Origin: Escherichia coli
GTDB lineage: Bacteria; Pseudomonadota; Gammaproteobacteria; Enterobacterales; Enterobacteriaceae
DNA: 16,845 nucleotides
Reading direction: 5' to 3' (one strand)
NCBI RefSeq assembly: GCF_003334315.1
Contig: NZ_QOWR01000073.1
How positions within the stretch are numbered: position 1 is the first letter of the stretch; every line of letters starts with the position of its first letter. The translations under genes were made by a program, and so were the position numbers. Below are positions 1-8,227 of the stretch, piece after piece. The notes under the pieces were generated by a model. The model was not told the DNA's origin. It worked only from the letters and a program-made list of their open reading frames with translations, and made no database searches.

Positions 1-357
1 GTCGGGGCTAAATCGCGCCAGCGCTGGCTGTTTTACGCGTATGACAGGCTCCGGAAGACGGTTGTTGCGCACGTATTCGGTGAACGCACTATGGCGACGC
101 TGGGGCGTCTTATGAGCCTGCTGTCACCCTTTGACGTGGTGATATGGATGACGGATGGCTGGCCGCTGTATGAATCCCGCCTGAAGGGAAAGCTGCACGT
201 AATCAGCAAGCGATATACGCAGCGAATTGAGCGGCATAACCTGAATCTGAGGCAGCACCTGGCACGGCTGGGACGGAAGTCGCTGTCGTTCTCAAAATCG
301 GTGGAGCTGCATGACAAAGTCATCGGGCATTATCTGAACATAAAACACTATCAATAA
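1..357 (+). CDS. insB: IS1 transposase InsB, C-terminal part (5'-truncated by window edge)
   Basis: Open frame from base 1 to TAA at 355-357; the ORF-track 88 aa segment (91..357) is the in-frame tail of InsB. Confidence 0.85.
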   Translation, partial: VGAKSRQRWLFYAYDRLRKTVVAHVFGERTMATLGRLMSLLSPFDVVIWMTDGWPLYESRLKGKLHVISKRYTQRIERHNLNLRQHLARLGRKSLSFSKSVELHDKVIGHYLNIKHYQ

Positions 358-372
358 GTTGGAGTCATTACC
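1..372 (+). mobile_element. Partial IS1 insertion sequence (3' portion, including the right terminal inverted repeat; 5' part lies outside the window)
   Basis: Frame-1 translation from base 1 reads the InsB C-terminal region (...[14 protein letters not shown]...[55 protein letters not shown]...HYQ*). The sequence ends with the characteristic IS1 terminus ...aaacactatcaataagttggagtcattacc at 343-372. Recognised from memory of IS1, not by search. Confidence 0.85.
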
Positions 373-386
373 CATCGCGTCTTATT

Positions 387-470
387 GCCGGATGCGGCGT
401 GAACACCTTATCCAGCACACATCTGGCAGCGGCTATAGGTCTGATAAGACGCGTTAGCGTCGCATCAGAC
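387..470. repeat. REP/BIME element: two REP units in opposite orientation
   Basis: gccggatgcggcgtgaacaccttatccagc (387-~416) and inverted unit taggtctgataagacgcgttagcgtcgcatcagac (435-470) are typical enterobacterial REP palindromes; located between the IS1 end and the yggR stop. Confidence 0.8.
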
Positions 471-520
471 ATTTATTGCCTTTGTAGGCCCAATAAGCTT
501 GCGCATCGGGCATGGCAACG

Positions 521-1501
521 TCACAAACGCCCTTCCCCCACCCGGTGCTGATAACTCTGCTGAAACGTTATCATCCCCACCTGCTGCCCGGTTTGAATAA
601 CATGCGGTAACTGGTGGGTTTTCCCTTCGCGAATCAAATTCCCCACCGCGGGTGTGTTAATCAGCAATTCAAATAGCGCCACGCGTCCTTCCTGTTTATC
701 CACTTCCAGCTTTTGTGACAACACGGCCCGTAAACTCCCTGCCAGTTGATTACGTACGGGATCTTTTTCCTGCGCCGGAAATGAATCCACCAGTCGCTCA
801 ACTGACTGCGCGGCACCACGCGTATGTAATGTTGCCAGCACCAAATGCCCGGTTTCTGCCGCCGTCAGTGCCAGACGGATTGTCTCGCTGTCACGCAGCT
901 CTCCGAGCAAAATCACATCAGGATCTTCCCGCAATGCGGCCCGCAATCCCGATGCGAACGTCATACAGTGCAAACCAATTTCCCGCTGCTGGATCAAACA
1001 TCGCTGGCTGGCATAGAGATATTCAACAGGATCTTCCAGCGTCAGAATATGCGCATCGGCATGTTGATTGAGATAGCCAACCATCGCCGCCAGCGTGGTA
1101 GATTTGCCGCTCCCCGTCGCCCCCGTCACCAGAATCAGGCCATTCTCGCTCTTGAGTAATTCCGGCAATACCGTTGGTGCGCCAAGCTGTTCGAGCTGCG
1201 GGCAGTGCGAAGGTAACAGCCGTAACGCCAGCGAAATGCCATGCCGTTGCGCGAATGCGCTGCCACGCAATCGCTGGTTTTCCGCCAGCGACACGGCAAA
1301 ATCCAGCTGGCCATTTTCCAGCAATATTGCCCGCTGATCGTCATCCAGCCACTCCCGCAGTAGCTCTTCGACGTCCGGCGCATCAAACGGCGCAGCTTCC
1401 ATTAGCCCGCGAATGCGCCATCGTGCGGGCCAGGCGCTGCACAGGTGTAGATCCGAGACGTTATGCTTTACACTAAGGGCCACAATTTCTTCCATATTCA
1501 T
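521..1501 (-). CDS. yggR: PilT-like type IV pilus retraction ATPase family protein YggR (326 aa)
   Basis: ORF 521..1576 (-); start trimmed to MNMEEIVALSVKHNVSDLH... (ATG at 1501) because a GAGGA Shine-Dalgarno lies 7 nt upstream and the longer version would overlap yggS. Walker A motif GATGSGKST present. Confidence 0.9.
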   Translation of the reverse strand: MNMEEIVALSVKHNVSDLHLCSAWPARWRIRGLMEAAPFDAPDVEELLREWLDDDQRAILLENGQLDFAVSLAENQRLRGSAFAQRHGISLALRLLPSHCPQLEQLGAPTVLPELLKSENGLILVTGATGSGKSTTLAAMVGYLNQHADAHILTLEDPVEYLYASQRCLIQQREIGLHCMTFASGLRAALREDPDVILLGELRDSETIRLALTAAETGHLVLATLHTRGAAQSVERLVDSFPAQEKDPVRNQLAGSLRAVLSQKLEVDKQEGRVALFELLINTPAVGNLIREGKTHQLPHVIQTGQQVGMITFQQSYQHRVGEGRL

Positions 1502-1518
1502 ACTAAGATCCTCGGAAA

Positions 1519-2223
1519 ATGAACGATATTGCGCATAACCTGGCACAGGTCCGGGACAAAATCTCAGCGGCTGCAACGCGTTGCGGCCGTTCTCCAGAAG
1601 AAATTACGCTGCTTGCAGTCAGTAAAACAAAACCTGCGAGCGCCATCGCAGAAGCCATTGATGCCGGGCAGCGTCAATTTGGTGAAAACTACGTTCAGGA
1701 AGGGGTAGATAAAATTCGCCACTTTCAGGAACTGGGCGTAACAGGATTAGAATGGCATTTTATTGGCCCGTTGCAGTCTAATAAAAGCCGCCTGGTGGCA
1801 GAGCATTTCGACTGGTGTCATACCATCGACCGTTTGCGCATCGCTACCCGTCTCAACGACCAGCGCCCGGCAGAACTTCCCCCTCTTAACGTTCTGATTC
1901 AAATTAACATTAGTGATGAAAACAGTAAGTCCGGGATTCAACTGGCTGAACTGGACGAGCTGGCAGCTGCGGTCGCTGAACTACCGCGTTTACGTCTGCG
2001 CGGGTTGATGGCAATCCCTGCGCCTGAGTCAGAATATGTAAGGCAGTTTGAAGTTGCACGCCAAATGGCTGTAGCATTTGCCGGACTGAAAACGCGCTAC
2101 CCGCATATCGACACGCTCTCTCTGGGAATGTCGGACGATATGGAAGCCGCCATTGCGGCAGGTAGCACGATGGTTCGTATCGGCACTGCAATTTTTGGTG
2201 CGCGTGATTACTCTAAAAAATAA
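1519..2223 (+). CDS. yggS: PLP homeostasis protein (YggS/PLPBP family, alanine racemase-fold PLP-binding)
   Basis: 234 aa ORF MNDIAHNLAQVRDKISAAA...; conserved lysine-containing N-terminal motif LLAVSKTKP; start only 17 bp from the divergent yggR start. Confidence 0.9.
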   Translation: MNDIAHNLAQVRDKISAAATRCGRSPEEITLLAVSKTKPASAIAEAIDAGQRQFGENYVQEGVDKIRHFQELGVTGLEWHFIGPLQSNKSRLVAEHFDWCHTIDRLRIATRLNDQRPAELPPLNVLIQINISDENSKSGIQLAELDELAAAVAELPRLRLRGLMAIPAPESEYVRQFEVARQMAVAFAGLKTRYPHIDTLSLGMSDDMEAAIAAGSTMVRIGTAIFGARDYSKK

Positions 2224-2240
2224 GGAATTAAAGGAACGCC

Positions 2241-2807
2241 ATGAATACGTTGACTTTCCTGCTTTCAACGGTCATTGAGCTGTATACCATGGTGCTGTTA
2301 TTACGCATCTGGATGCAGTGGGCTCATTGTGATTTTTACAACCCCTTCTCACAGTTTGTAGTGAAGGTAACGCAGCCAATTATCGGGCCACTGCGCCGCG
2401 TTATTCCGGCAATGGGGCCAATTGACAGCGCCTCGCTGCTGGTTGCCTATATTCTCAGTTTTATCAAAGCCATCGTGCTGTTTAAAGTGGTGACCTTCCT
2501 GCCAATCATCTGGATTGCCGGTTTACTGATTCTGCTGAAAACCATCGGCCTGCTGATTTTCTGGGTCCTGCTGGTGATGGCGATTATGAGCTGGGTAAGC
2601 CAAGGGCGTAGCCCGATTGAATACGTGCTGATTCAGCTGGCCGATCCGCTGCTGCGCCCGATTCGCCGCCTGCTACCGGCAATGGGTGGGATTGATTTCT
2701 CGCCGATGATCCTCGTTCTGCTGCTGTATGTCATCAATATGGGTGTCGCAGAAGTATTACAGGCAACCGGAAATATGCTGCTGCCAGGGCTGTGGATGGC
2801 GTTATGA
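2241..2807 (+). CDS. yggT: YggT family integral membrane protein
   Basis: 188 aa hydrophobic ORF with a duplicated YGGT-type repeat; 17 bp after the yggS stop with GGAA SD-like sequence. Confidence 0.88.
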
Positions 2808-3094
2808 ATGCCGTAACAGTTAATGATGACGGTCTGGTTTTACGGCTCTATATTCAGCCGAAAGCCAGCCGTGATTCTATTGTCGGTTTACATGGCGACG
2901 AAGTTAAAGTCGCCATTACCGCGCCGCCGGTTGACGGCCAGGCCAACAGCCATCTGGTGAAGTTTCTCGGTAAGCAATTCCGGGTAGCCAAAAGCCAGGT
3001 GGTAATTGAAAAAGGCGAACTTGGCCGCCACAAACAAATTAAAATCATTAATCCGCAACAAATCCCGCCAGAAATCGCGGCGTTAATTAATTAG
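2804..3094 (+). CDS. yggU: DUF167 family protein YggU (96 aa)
   Basis: ORF 2792..3094; start assigned to ATG 2804 ([24 protein letters not shown]...), which overlaps the yggT stop as ATGA. Confidence 0.85.
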   Translation: MNAVTVNDDGLVLRLYIQPKASRDSIVGLHGDEVKVAITAPPVDGQANSHLVKFLGKQFRVAKSQVVIEKGELGRHKQIKIINPQQIPPEIAALIN

Positions 3095-3101
3095 GTATCC
3101 T

Positions 3102-3695
3102 ATGCAAAAAGTTGTCCTCGCAACCGGCAATGCCGGTAAAGTGCGTGAGCTGGCGTCGCTGCTTAGCGACTTCGGTCTTGATATCGTGGCCCAAACAGAC
3201 CTCGGCGTAGATTCCGCTGAAGAAACCGGCCTGACCTTTATCGAAAACGCGATTCTGAAAGCGCGCCATGCGGCAAAAGTGACCGGTTTACCGGCAATTG
3301 CCGACGACTCTGGTCTGGCGGTAGATGCGCTGGGTGGCGCGCCGGGTATTTACTCCGCGCGTTATTCCGGTGAAGACGCGACCGATCAAAAGAATCTGCA
3401 AAAACTGTTGGAAACACTGAAAGACGTACCGGACGACCAACGTCAGGCGCGTTTCCACTGCGTGCTGGTATATCTGCGTCACGCGGAAGATCCCACTCCG
3501 CTGGTGTGCCACGGTAGCTGGCCGGGCGTGATTACTCGTGAACCAGCGGGCACTGGTGGCTTTGGTTATGATCCAATCTTCTTCGTACCTTCCGAAGGGA
3601 AAACCGCTGCCGAACTGACCCGCGAAGAAAAGAGCGCCATTTCCCACCGTGGTCAGGCATTGAAACTGCTGTTGGACGCTTTACGTAATGGTTAA
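3102..3695 (+). CDS. rdgB: dITP/XTP pyrophosphatase (non-canonical purine NTPase, Ham1/RdgB family)
   Basis: 197 aa [19 protein letters not shown]...; family motifs TGNxGK and FGYDPIF present. Confidence 0.92.
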   Translation: MQKVVLATGNAGKVRELASLLSDFGLDIVAQTDLGVDSAEETGLTFIENAILKARHAAKVTGLPAIADDSGLAVDALGGAPGIYSARYSGEDATDQKNLQKLLETLKDVPDDQRQARFHCVLVYLRHAEDPTPLVCHGSWPGVITREPAGTGGFGYDPIFFVPSEGKTAAELTREEKSAISHRGQALKLLLDALRNG

Positions 3696-4824
3696 ATTAC
3701 CGCCGCTGAGTCTCTACATTCACATCCCGTGGTGCGTGCAGAAATGCCCGTACTGCGATTTCAACTCTCACGCGTTGAAAGGAGAAGTGCCGCACGACGA
3801 TTACGTTCAGCATCTGCTTTGCGATCTGGACAATGATGTGGCTTACGCTCAGGGCCGTGAAGTAAAGACAATCTTTATTGGCGGTGGTACGCCGAGCCTG
3901 CTTTCCGGCCCGGCGATGCAAACGCTGCTGGACGGCGTGCGTGCGCGTTTGCCGCTGGCAGCGGATGCAGAAATTACTATGGAAGCGAACCCTGGTACGG
4001 TAGAAGCCGATCGCTTTGTCGATTATCAGCGTGCTGGTGTGAACCGCATCTCTATTGGTGTGCAGAGTTTTAGCGAAGAAAAGCTGAAACGACTTGGGCG
4101 CATTCATGGCCCGCAAGAAGCGAAACGAGCGGCAAAGCTGGCGAGCGGTTTAGGGTTACGTAGCTTTAACCTTGATTTGATGCATGGACTACCGGATCAA
4201 TCACTGGAAGAGGCGCTTGGCGATCTACGCCAGGCCATTGAACTGAATCCGCCGCATCTTTCCTGGTATCAACTGACCATCGAACCCAATACGCTGTTTG
4301 GTTCGCGACCACCGGTGCTGCCGGACGACGACGCGCTGTGGGATATATTCGAACAGGGGCATCAGTTATTAACCGCAGCGGGTTATCAGCAATATGAAAC
4401 TTCCGCTTACGCCAAACCCAGTTATCAGTGCCAGCACAATCTCAACTACTGGCGCTTTGGCGACTACATCGGTATTGGCTGCGGCGCGCACGGCAAAGTG
4501 ACCTTCCCGGATGGGCGCATTCTGCGTACCACTAAAACGCGTCATCCGCGTGGTTTTATGCAAGGAAGGTATCTGGAAAGCCAGCGTGATGTCGAAGCCG
4601 CAGATAAGCCGTTTGAGTTCTTTATGAACCGCTTTCGCTTGCTGGAGGCCGCGCCACGCGCAGAGTTTAGTGCGTATACCGGGCTTTGCGAAGATGTGAT
4701 TCGCCCACAGTTAGACGAGGCGATTGCCCAGGGTTATCTCACCGAATGTGCGGATTACTGGCAGATAACGGAACATGGGAAGCTGTTTTTAAATTCGCTG
4801 CTGGAGCTTTTTCTGGCTGAGTAA
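3688..4824 (+). CDS. hemW: Radical SAM family heme chaperone HemW (coproporphyrinogen III oxidase-like)
   Basis: 378 aa ORF with a CxxxCxYC radical-SAM cluster motif (CVQKCPYC); start overlaps the rdgB 3' end by 8 nt. Confidence 0.9.
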   Translation: MVKLPPLSLYIHIPWCVQKCPYCDFNSHALKGEVPHDDYVQHLLCDLDNDVAYAQGREVKTIFIGGGTPSLLSGPAMQTLLDGVRARLPLAADAEITMEANPGTVEADRFVDYQRAGVNRISIGVQSFSEEKLKRLGRIHGPQEAKRAAKLASGLGLRSFNLDLMHGLPDQSLEEALGDLRQAIELNPPHLSWYQLTIEPNTLFGSRPPVLPDDDALWDIFEQGHQLLTAAGYQQYETSAYAKPSYQCQHNLNYWRFGDYIGIGCGAHGKVTFPDGRILRTTKTRHPRGFMQGRYLESQRDVEAADKPFEFFMNRFRLLEAAPRAEFSAYTGLCEDVIRPQLDEAIAQGYLTECADYWQITEHGKLFLNSLLELFLAE

Positions 4825-4833
4825 ACTTGTATT

Positions 4834-4952
4834 GCCGGATGCGGCGTGAACGCCTTATCCAGCCGACATGTGGCAGCGGTTGTAGGTCTGATAAGACGCG
4901 CAAGCGTCGCATCAGACGTTGATTGCCGGATGCGGGGTCAACGCCGCATCCT
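4834..4952. repeat. REP/BIME cluster (three REP-like palindromic units)
   Basis: gccggatgcggcgtgaacgccttatccagc (4834-~4863), inverted unit taggtctgataagacgcgcaagcgtcgcatcagac (4881-~4916), third unit gccggatgcggggtcaacgccgcatcc (4925-~4951). Lies between the convergent hemW and yggM 3' ends. Confidence 0.8.
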
Positions 4953-4978
4953 GCTACAAATCGTGCACTATATCAAAC

Positions 4979-5986
4979 TTACTTAATCACCCCATTGCGC
5001 CGCAGTTGTTCGGTATCTTTTTTCCAGCGTTCATTAGCTTGGTTGATATCGTCAATTTTCATCAAAATCGCGACTTTTTTACTGTTTATTTCTGAAACTT
5101 TCATCGTTAACGGATATTGCCCTTTTTCGAGCGTTACCCAGTCATCCTGCAATTTACGGCTGAGTTTTTGTGATTGCAGAAAAGTCTGTCGCCGTTGTTC
5201 GTTGATATCGAAATCTCGTTTCTGCTGAATCGGCACTTCATAACACTCTTCACTCTGTTTATGACATGCCGCAATCGCCGGTTGATAAACCTCTTTGTCA
5301 TATTTAACCGCGAACGCCTCGCTATCGTTCTGTTTATTAAACTCATCACGCTGTTGGTGAATTTTTTTAAAGGCTTCTTCACGGGTCATTTGCTTACCGT
5401 TTGCATCTTTTCCCCAATATGCATCCGCTGCTTTCTGCGCCGCCACCATTTGCTTATCAAGCGCTTTCACTTCCTTTTCCAGCGCAGGAATCGAGTTCTT
5501 CTGGGTATTCAACGCAGATTCAAGCTGACTAAAGCGATAATTGAAATCTTCGCTATTCACGATCAGATATTTATTATTCGTTTTGATATCGTCGACCACC
5601 CGCCCACGATCGCTGGCTGCCGCCTGAAAAGAGTAAAAGTTCACCGACCAGCCAGACGCGGGCGTTCCTTTACTGGTTAACATCGCCGAGAATTTTACCG
5701 GTTTATCTTTCGTCCAGGTCTGTTCGAGCAGTTCGTAATCTGCCAACTGACCGACCCAGGTATAGAGATCGTCACTGGAAGAGACATCGCCTTCCGCTGA
5801 CCAGGTGGCCTGATTACCCTTAGCATCAAGATTTTTTAAGGTGATAGCATCAAGCTTGAGAATGCCGTGATACTGCTTTTTGAATTGATCTTTTAAGATA
5901 TTTTCAGTTGGCGGTTCGCCATCTGCCCAGACATTACCAGTCATCAACATAAGCAGCGCCGTGCCAACAATCCATTGCTTTTTCAC
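4979..5986 (-). CDS. yggM: Secreted protein of unknown function YggM (DUF1202-like), N-terminal signal peptide
   Basis: 335 aa ORF MKKQWIVGTALLMLMTGNVWADGEPP...; signal peptide with an AxA-type cleavage site (VWA/DG); K/E/Q-rich, probably coiled-coil C-terminal half. Confidence 0.85.
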   Translation of the reverse strand: MKKQWIVGTALLMLMTGNVWADGEPPTENILKDQFKKQYHGILKLDAITLKNLDAKGNQATWSAEGDVSSSDDLYTWVGQLADYELLEQTWTKDKPVKFSAMLTSKGTPASGWSVNFYSFQAAASDRGRVVDDIKTNNKYLIVNSEDFNYRFSQLESALNTQKNSIPALEKEVKALDKQMVAAQKAADAYWGKDANGKQMTREEAFKKIHQQRDEFNKQNDSEAFAVKYDKEVYQPAIAACHKQSEECYEVPIQQKRDFDINEQRRQTFLQSQKLSRKLQDDWVTLEKGQYPLTMKVSEINSKKVAILMKIDDINQANERWKKDTEQLRRNGVIK

Positions 5987-6067
5987 CCGAAAACCCTCGC
6001 GCAGAATAATTTATTCCGGTGATTATCATTAGGGTAATTAAAATTGGCAATGGACGTGAGTCTGAAG

Positions 6068-6094
6068 TGAAAAAGCCCCGGCACGATACCGGGG
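6068..6094 (-). terminator. Rho-independent terminator downstream of ansB
   Basis: Minus-strand transcript carries hairpin ccccggtatcgtgccgggg (perfect 7 bp GC-rich stem, plus coordinates 6076-6094) followed by cttttt, starting about 8 nt after the ansB stop. Confidence 0.7.
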
Positions 6095-6102
6095 CGAGGC
6101 GA

Positions 6103-7149
6103 TTAGTACTGATTGAAGATCTGCTGGATCTGCTGCGGATCTTTGGTTTGCGTCAGAGCCAGTTGCAGCAGAACGCGCGCTTTTTGCGGGTTCAGCGTGC
6201 CAGAGGCGACGAAGCCGTATTTCGCATCATCCACTTCGGCATCCTGAGTGGTAGCGCCCGTCGGTACGCGGGAAGAACGCACGACTGCAGTACCGGTTTT
6301 CGCGGCGGTCGCCAGCGTGTCGAACACAGATTTATACAGGTTGCCGTTACCCACACCAGCGCTAACGATGCCATCATAGCCCGCATCTACCAGTGCTTTA
6401 GCCGGAAGATCGGATGCGTTAGCGTAGTTATAAACAATGCCGACTTTCGGCAGTTCATTCAGCTTAGAGACATCGAATGGCGTGTCGCTGGTATGCTTAC
6501 GTGCCGGGGTACGCTGGTAGTCAATCTTACCGTTGTGAATGTAACCCAGAGGACCGTAGTTAACAGACTTGAAGGTCGCTACGTCGGTGGTGTTGGTTTT
6601 GGTGACGTCACGGCCATCAAGCACGGTGTCATTCATCACTACCAGCACGCCACGGTTGGCGGAGGCTTTATCAGCTGCGGTCACTACCGCGTTATACAGG
6701 TTGAATGGACCGTCTGCGCTCATGGACGTGGACGGGCGCATTGCGCCGACCATCACCACCGGTTTGTCGCATTTCACCGTCAGGTCGAGGAAGTAAGCGG
6801 TTTCTTCCATCGTGTCGGTACCGTGGGTAATGACGAAGCCGTCGGTTTTATCGCAGTCGGTGTTAATTTTTTTCGCCAGTGTCAGCCAGACATTATCGTT
6901 CATGTCCTGGGAGCCGATATTCACTACCTGCTCGCCTTTAACGTTCGCAATGTCCTTCAGTTGCGGCACCGCATTAACCAGATTTTCTACGCCAACTTTA
7001 CCCGCTGTGTAGTTAGATTTGGTTGCGGAGTCACCACCACCGGCAATGGTCCCGCCGGTTGCTAAAATGGTGATATTGGGTAATGCCAATGCTGCACCAC
7101 TAAAACCCATAACCAGTGCGGCAAGTGCCGTCTTTTTGAAAAACTCCAT
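6103..7149 (-). CDS. ansB: Periplasmic L-asparaginase II
   Basis: 348 aa ORF MEFFKKTALAALVMGFSGAALALPNITILATGGTIAGGG...; signal peptide followed by the asparaginase active-site motif TGGTIAG. Confidence 0.95.
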   Translation of the reverse strand: MEFFKKTALAALVMGFSGAALALPNITILATGGTIAGGGDSATKSNYTAGKVGVENLVNAVPQLKDIANVKGEQVVNIGSQDMNDNVWLTLAKKINTDCDKTDGFVITHGTDTMEETAYFLDLTVKCDKPVVMVGAMRPSTSMSADGPFNLYNAVVTAADKASANRGVLVVMNDTVLDGRDVTKTNTTDVATFKSVNYGPLGYIHNGKIDYQRTPARKHTSDTPFDVSKLNELPKVGIVYNYANASDLPAKALVDAGYDGIVSAGVGNGNLYKSVFDTLATAAKTGTAVVRSSRVPTGATTQDAEVDDAKYGFVASGTLNPQKARVLLQLALTQTKDPQQIQQIFNQY

Positions 7150-7179
7150 TTCATTCCTCCAGTTACGTGAACGCTACGC

Positions 7180-7220
7180 ATTATCCCTTAGCTTTGTATG
7201 GGAAAATTGACGTTAAACAA
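7180..7220 (-). promoter_or_regulatory. ansB promoter: FNR-like site (7207-7220) plus -10 hexamer (7180-7185)
   Basis: On the coding strand TTGTTTAACGTCAA matches the FNR consensus TTGAT-N4-ATCAA at 8/10 positions; GATAAT lies about 21-26 bp downstream, the spacing expected for a class II site centred near -41.5. ansB is known to be anaerobically induced by FNR (established knowledge); the site assignment itself is by eye. Confidence 0.55.
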
Positions 7221-7255
7221 TTTACAACATGAATATATTTTGGAGATCTACAAAG

Positions 7256-7271
7256 TTAGAGGCAGGTAACA
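7256..7271 (-). promoter_or_regulatory. Possible weak CRP/FNR-type upstream site of the ansB promoter
   Basis: Coding-strand TGTTAcctgccTCTAA, about 50 bp upstream of the FNR-like site (expected -91.5 geometry); poor match to TGTGA-N6-TCACA. Confidence 0.3.
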
Positions 7272-7285
7272 AAACGAAGAATTAA

Positions 7286-7310
7286 ACGGCATAAAAAAGT
7301 ATTATGCCGT
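7286..7310 (-). terminator. Putative terminator downstream of yggN
   Basis: Inverted repeat acggcataa/ttatgccgt (9 bp stem, 7 nt loop) about 15 nt beyond the yggN stop; on the minus strand it is followed by a moderately T-rich tract (ttaattcttcgtttt). Confidence 0.4.
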
Positions 7311-7324
7311 CTTAAAATAGAGGA

Positions 7325-8044
7325 TTATTTTAAATTCCCGACCAGGGCTTTGCGGCTATCTTCCAGAGTCACAACGCGGCTACAAACATCTTTGCCAAAC
7401 TGCTGGAAATCTTTTTCCTGCTTTTTCCACTCGGTTTGGATTGAGGATTGCAGCCCCCCCAGGCTTCCCAGCACATTCTGTAATGGGTTACCGCCGCTTT
7501 TCAGCACCGCTTTCGCGCCCATTTCATTAATGCTGTCCTGTAAAATTCCACCCATTGCCTGATTCACTAATTGCTGGCCTTCGGCGCGAACCTGATCAAT
7601 GGCTTTATAGTGAAACGTCAGGCCATCGCTGCGCGTTTCAATAATGCGGTTCATCTGCTCTTTCAGCTGCGCATCAAGTTTGGTCAGACGGCTGCGCATT
7701 TTGCTGCTTTCGCCCATCTCCTGAACGATAATTTTATCCAGAGCAATACGGGCTTTCTCGACGCGGCTTTTCGCGCCTTCATCAATCCACGGCAGCGTGC
7801 TGCGTAGTTCAGCCTGATAATCCTTCGCCTGCTCGCGCTGGGCGGCATTCAGGGAATATTGCTTACCGTTATACATCACGTTGCCGTCTGGCGTGATCAC
7901 CAGATTGCCGTTTTCGCCCTTCACCTGCACGGTTTGCGGGCTGACAATCACATCGTCACGCGGCGTGACGTTGCACTGGTAGTCGGCGTGAGCGGTCATT
8001 GCCGTCACTGAAAGTGCTGCCGCCAGCAGCATTTTGCGCATCAT
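7325..8044 (-). CDS. yggN: Secreted protein of unknown function YggN (DUF2884-like), N-terminal signal peptide
   Basis: 239 aa ORF MMRKMLLAAALSVTAMTAHADYQCN...; signal peptide; good SD (GAGGGAAG) upstream. Confidence 0.85.
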   Translation of the reverse strand: MMRKMLLAAALSVTAMTAHADYQCNVTPRDDVIVSPQTVQVKGENGNLVITPDGNVMYNGKQYSLNAAQREQAKDYQAELRSTLPWIDEGAKSRVEKARIALDKIIVQEMGESSKMRSRLTKLDAQLKEQMNRIIETRSDGLTFHYKAIDQVRAEGQQLVNQAMGGILQDSINEMGAKAVLKSGGNPLQNVLGSLGGLQSSIQTEWKKQEKDFQQFGKDVCSRVVTLEDSRKALVGNLK

Positions 8045-8116
8045 AGTCTTCCCTCAAGAAAAAATCAGGCCAGCATTTGCTGGCCCCAGATTGATAACAA
8101 AGTACGCGTTTTCCAT

Positions 8117-8195
8117 GCCGGATGCGGCGTAAACACCTTATCCCGCCTACTCGATCGTGCATCTTTCCAGGCCTGATAAGCGTAGCGCATCAGGC
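8117..8195. repeat. REP/BIME element (two REP units in opposite orientation)
   Basis: gccggatgcggcgtaaacaccttatcccgcctac (8117-8150) and gcctgataagcgtagcgcatcaggc (8171-8195); between the yggL 3' end and the yggN 5' end. Confidence 0.8.
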
Positions 8196-8227
8196 AGTTT
8201 TGCATTTGTCATCGCCCGTATGCTTTC

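Noticed and set aside
715-1476. Several 80-118 aa plus- and minus-strand ORFs (715..1071, 845..1159, 1095..1337, 1135..1386, 1174..1476) inside yggR
   Set aside because: All overlap the well-supported yggR frame, have no ribosome-binding sites, and translate to Pro/Arg/Ala-rich low-complexity sequence typical of out-of-frame reading of a real gene.
1502-1576. Longer 351 aa version of yggR starting at MQPLRF...
   Set aside because: The extension would overlap the yggS start and N-terminus by 75 nt and lacks an SD, whereas the internal ATG at 1501 has a GAGGA SD at ideal spacing and gives the expected family length.
6019-7065. 348 aa ORF on the plus strand, the same length as ansB and lying antisense to it
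   Set aside because: It is fully contained within the ansB coding region on the opposite strand; ansB is unambiguously recognised (signal peptide, TGGTIAG motif), and the antisense translation is low-complexity and R/G/V-rich with no recognisable domain. It is a typical shadow ORF in a GC-biased coding region.
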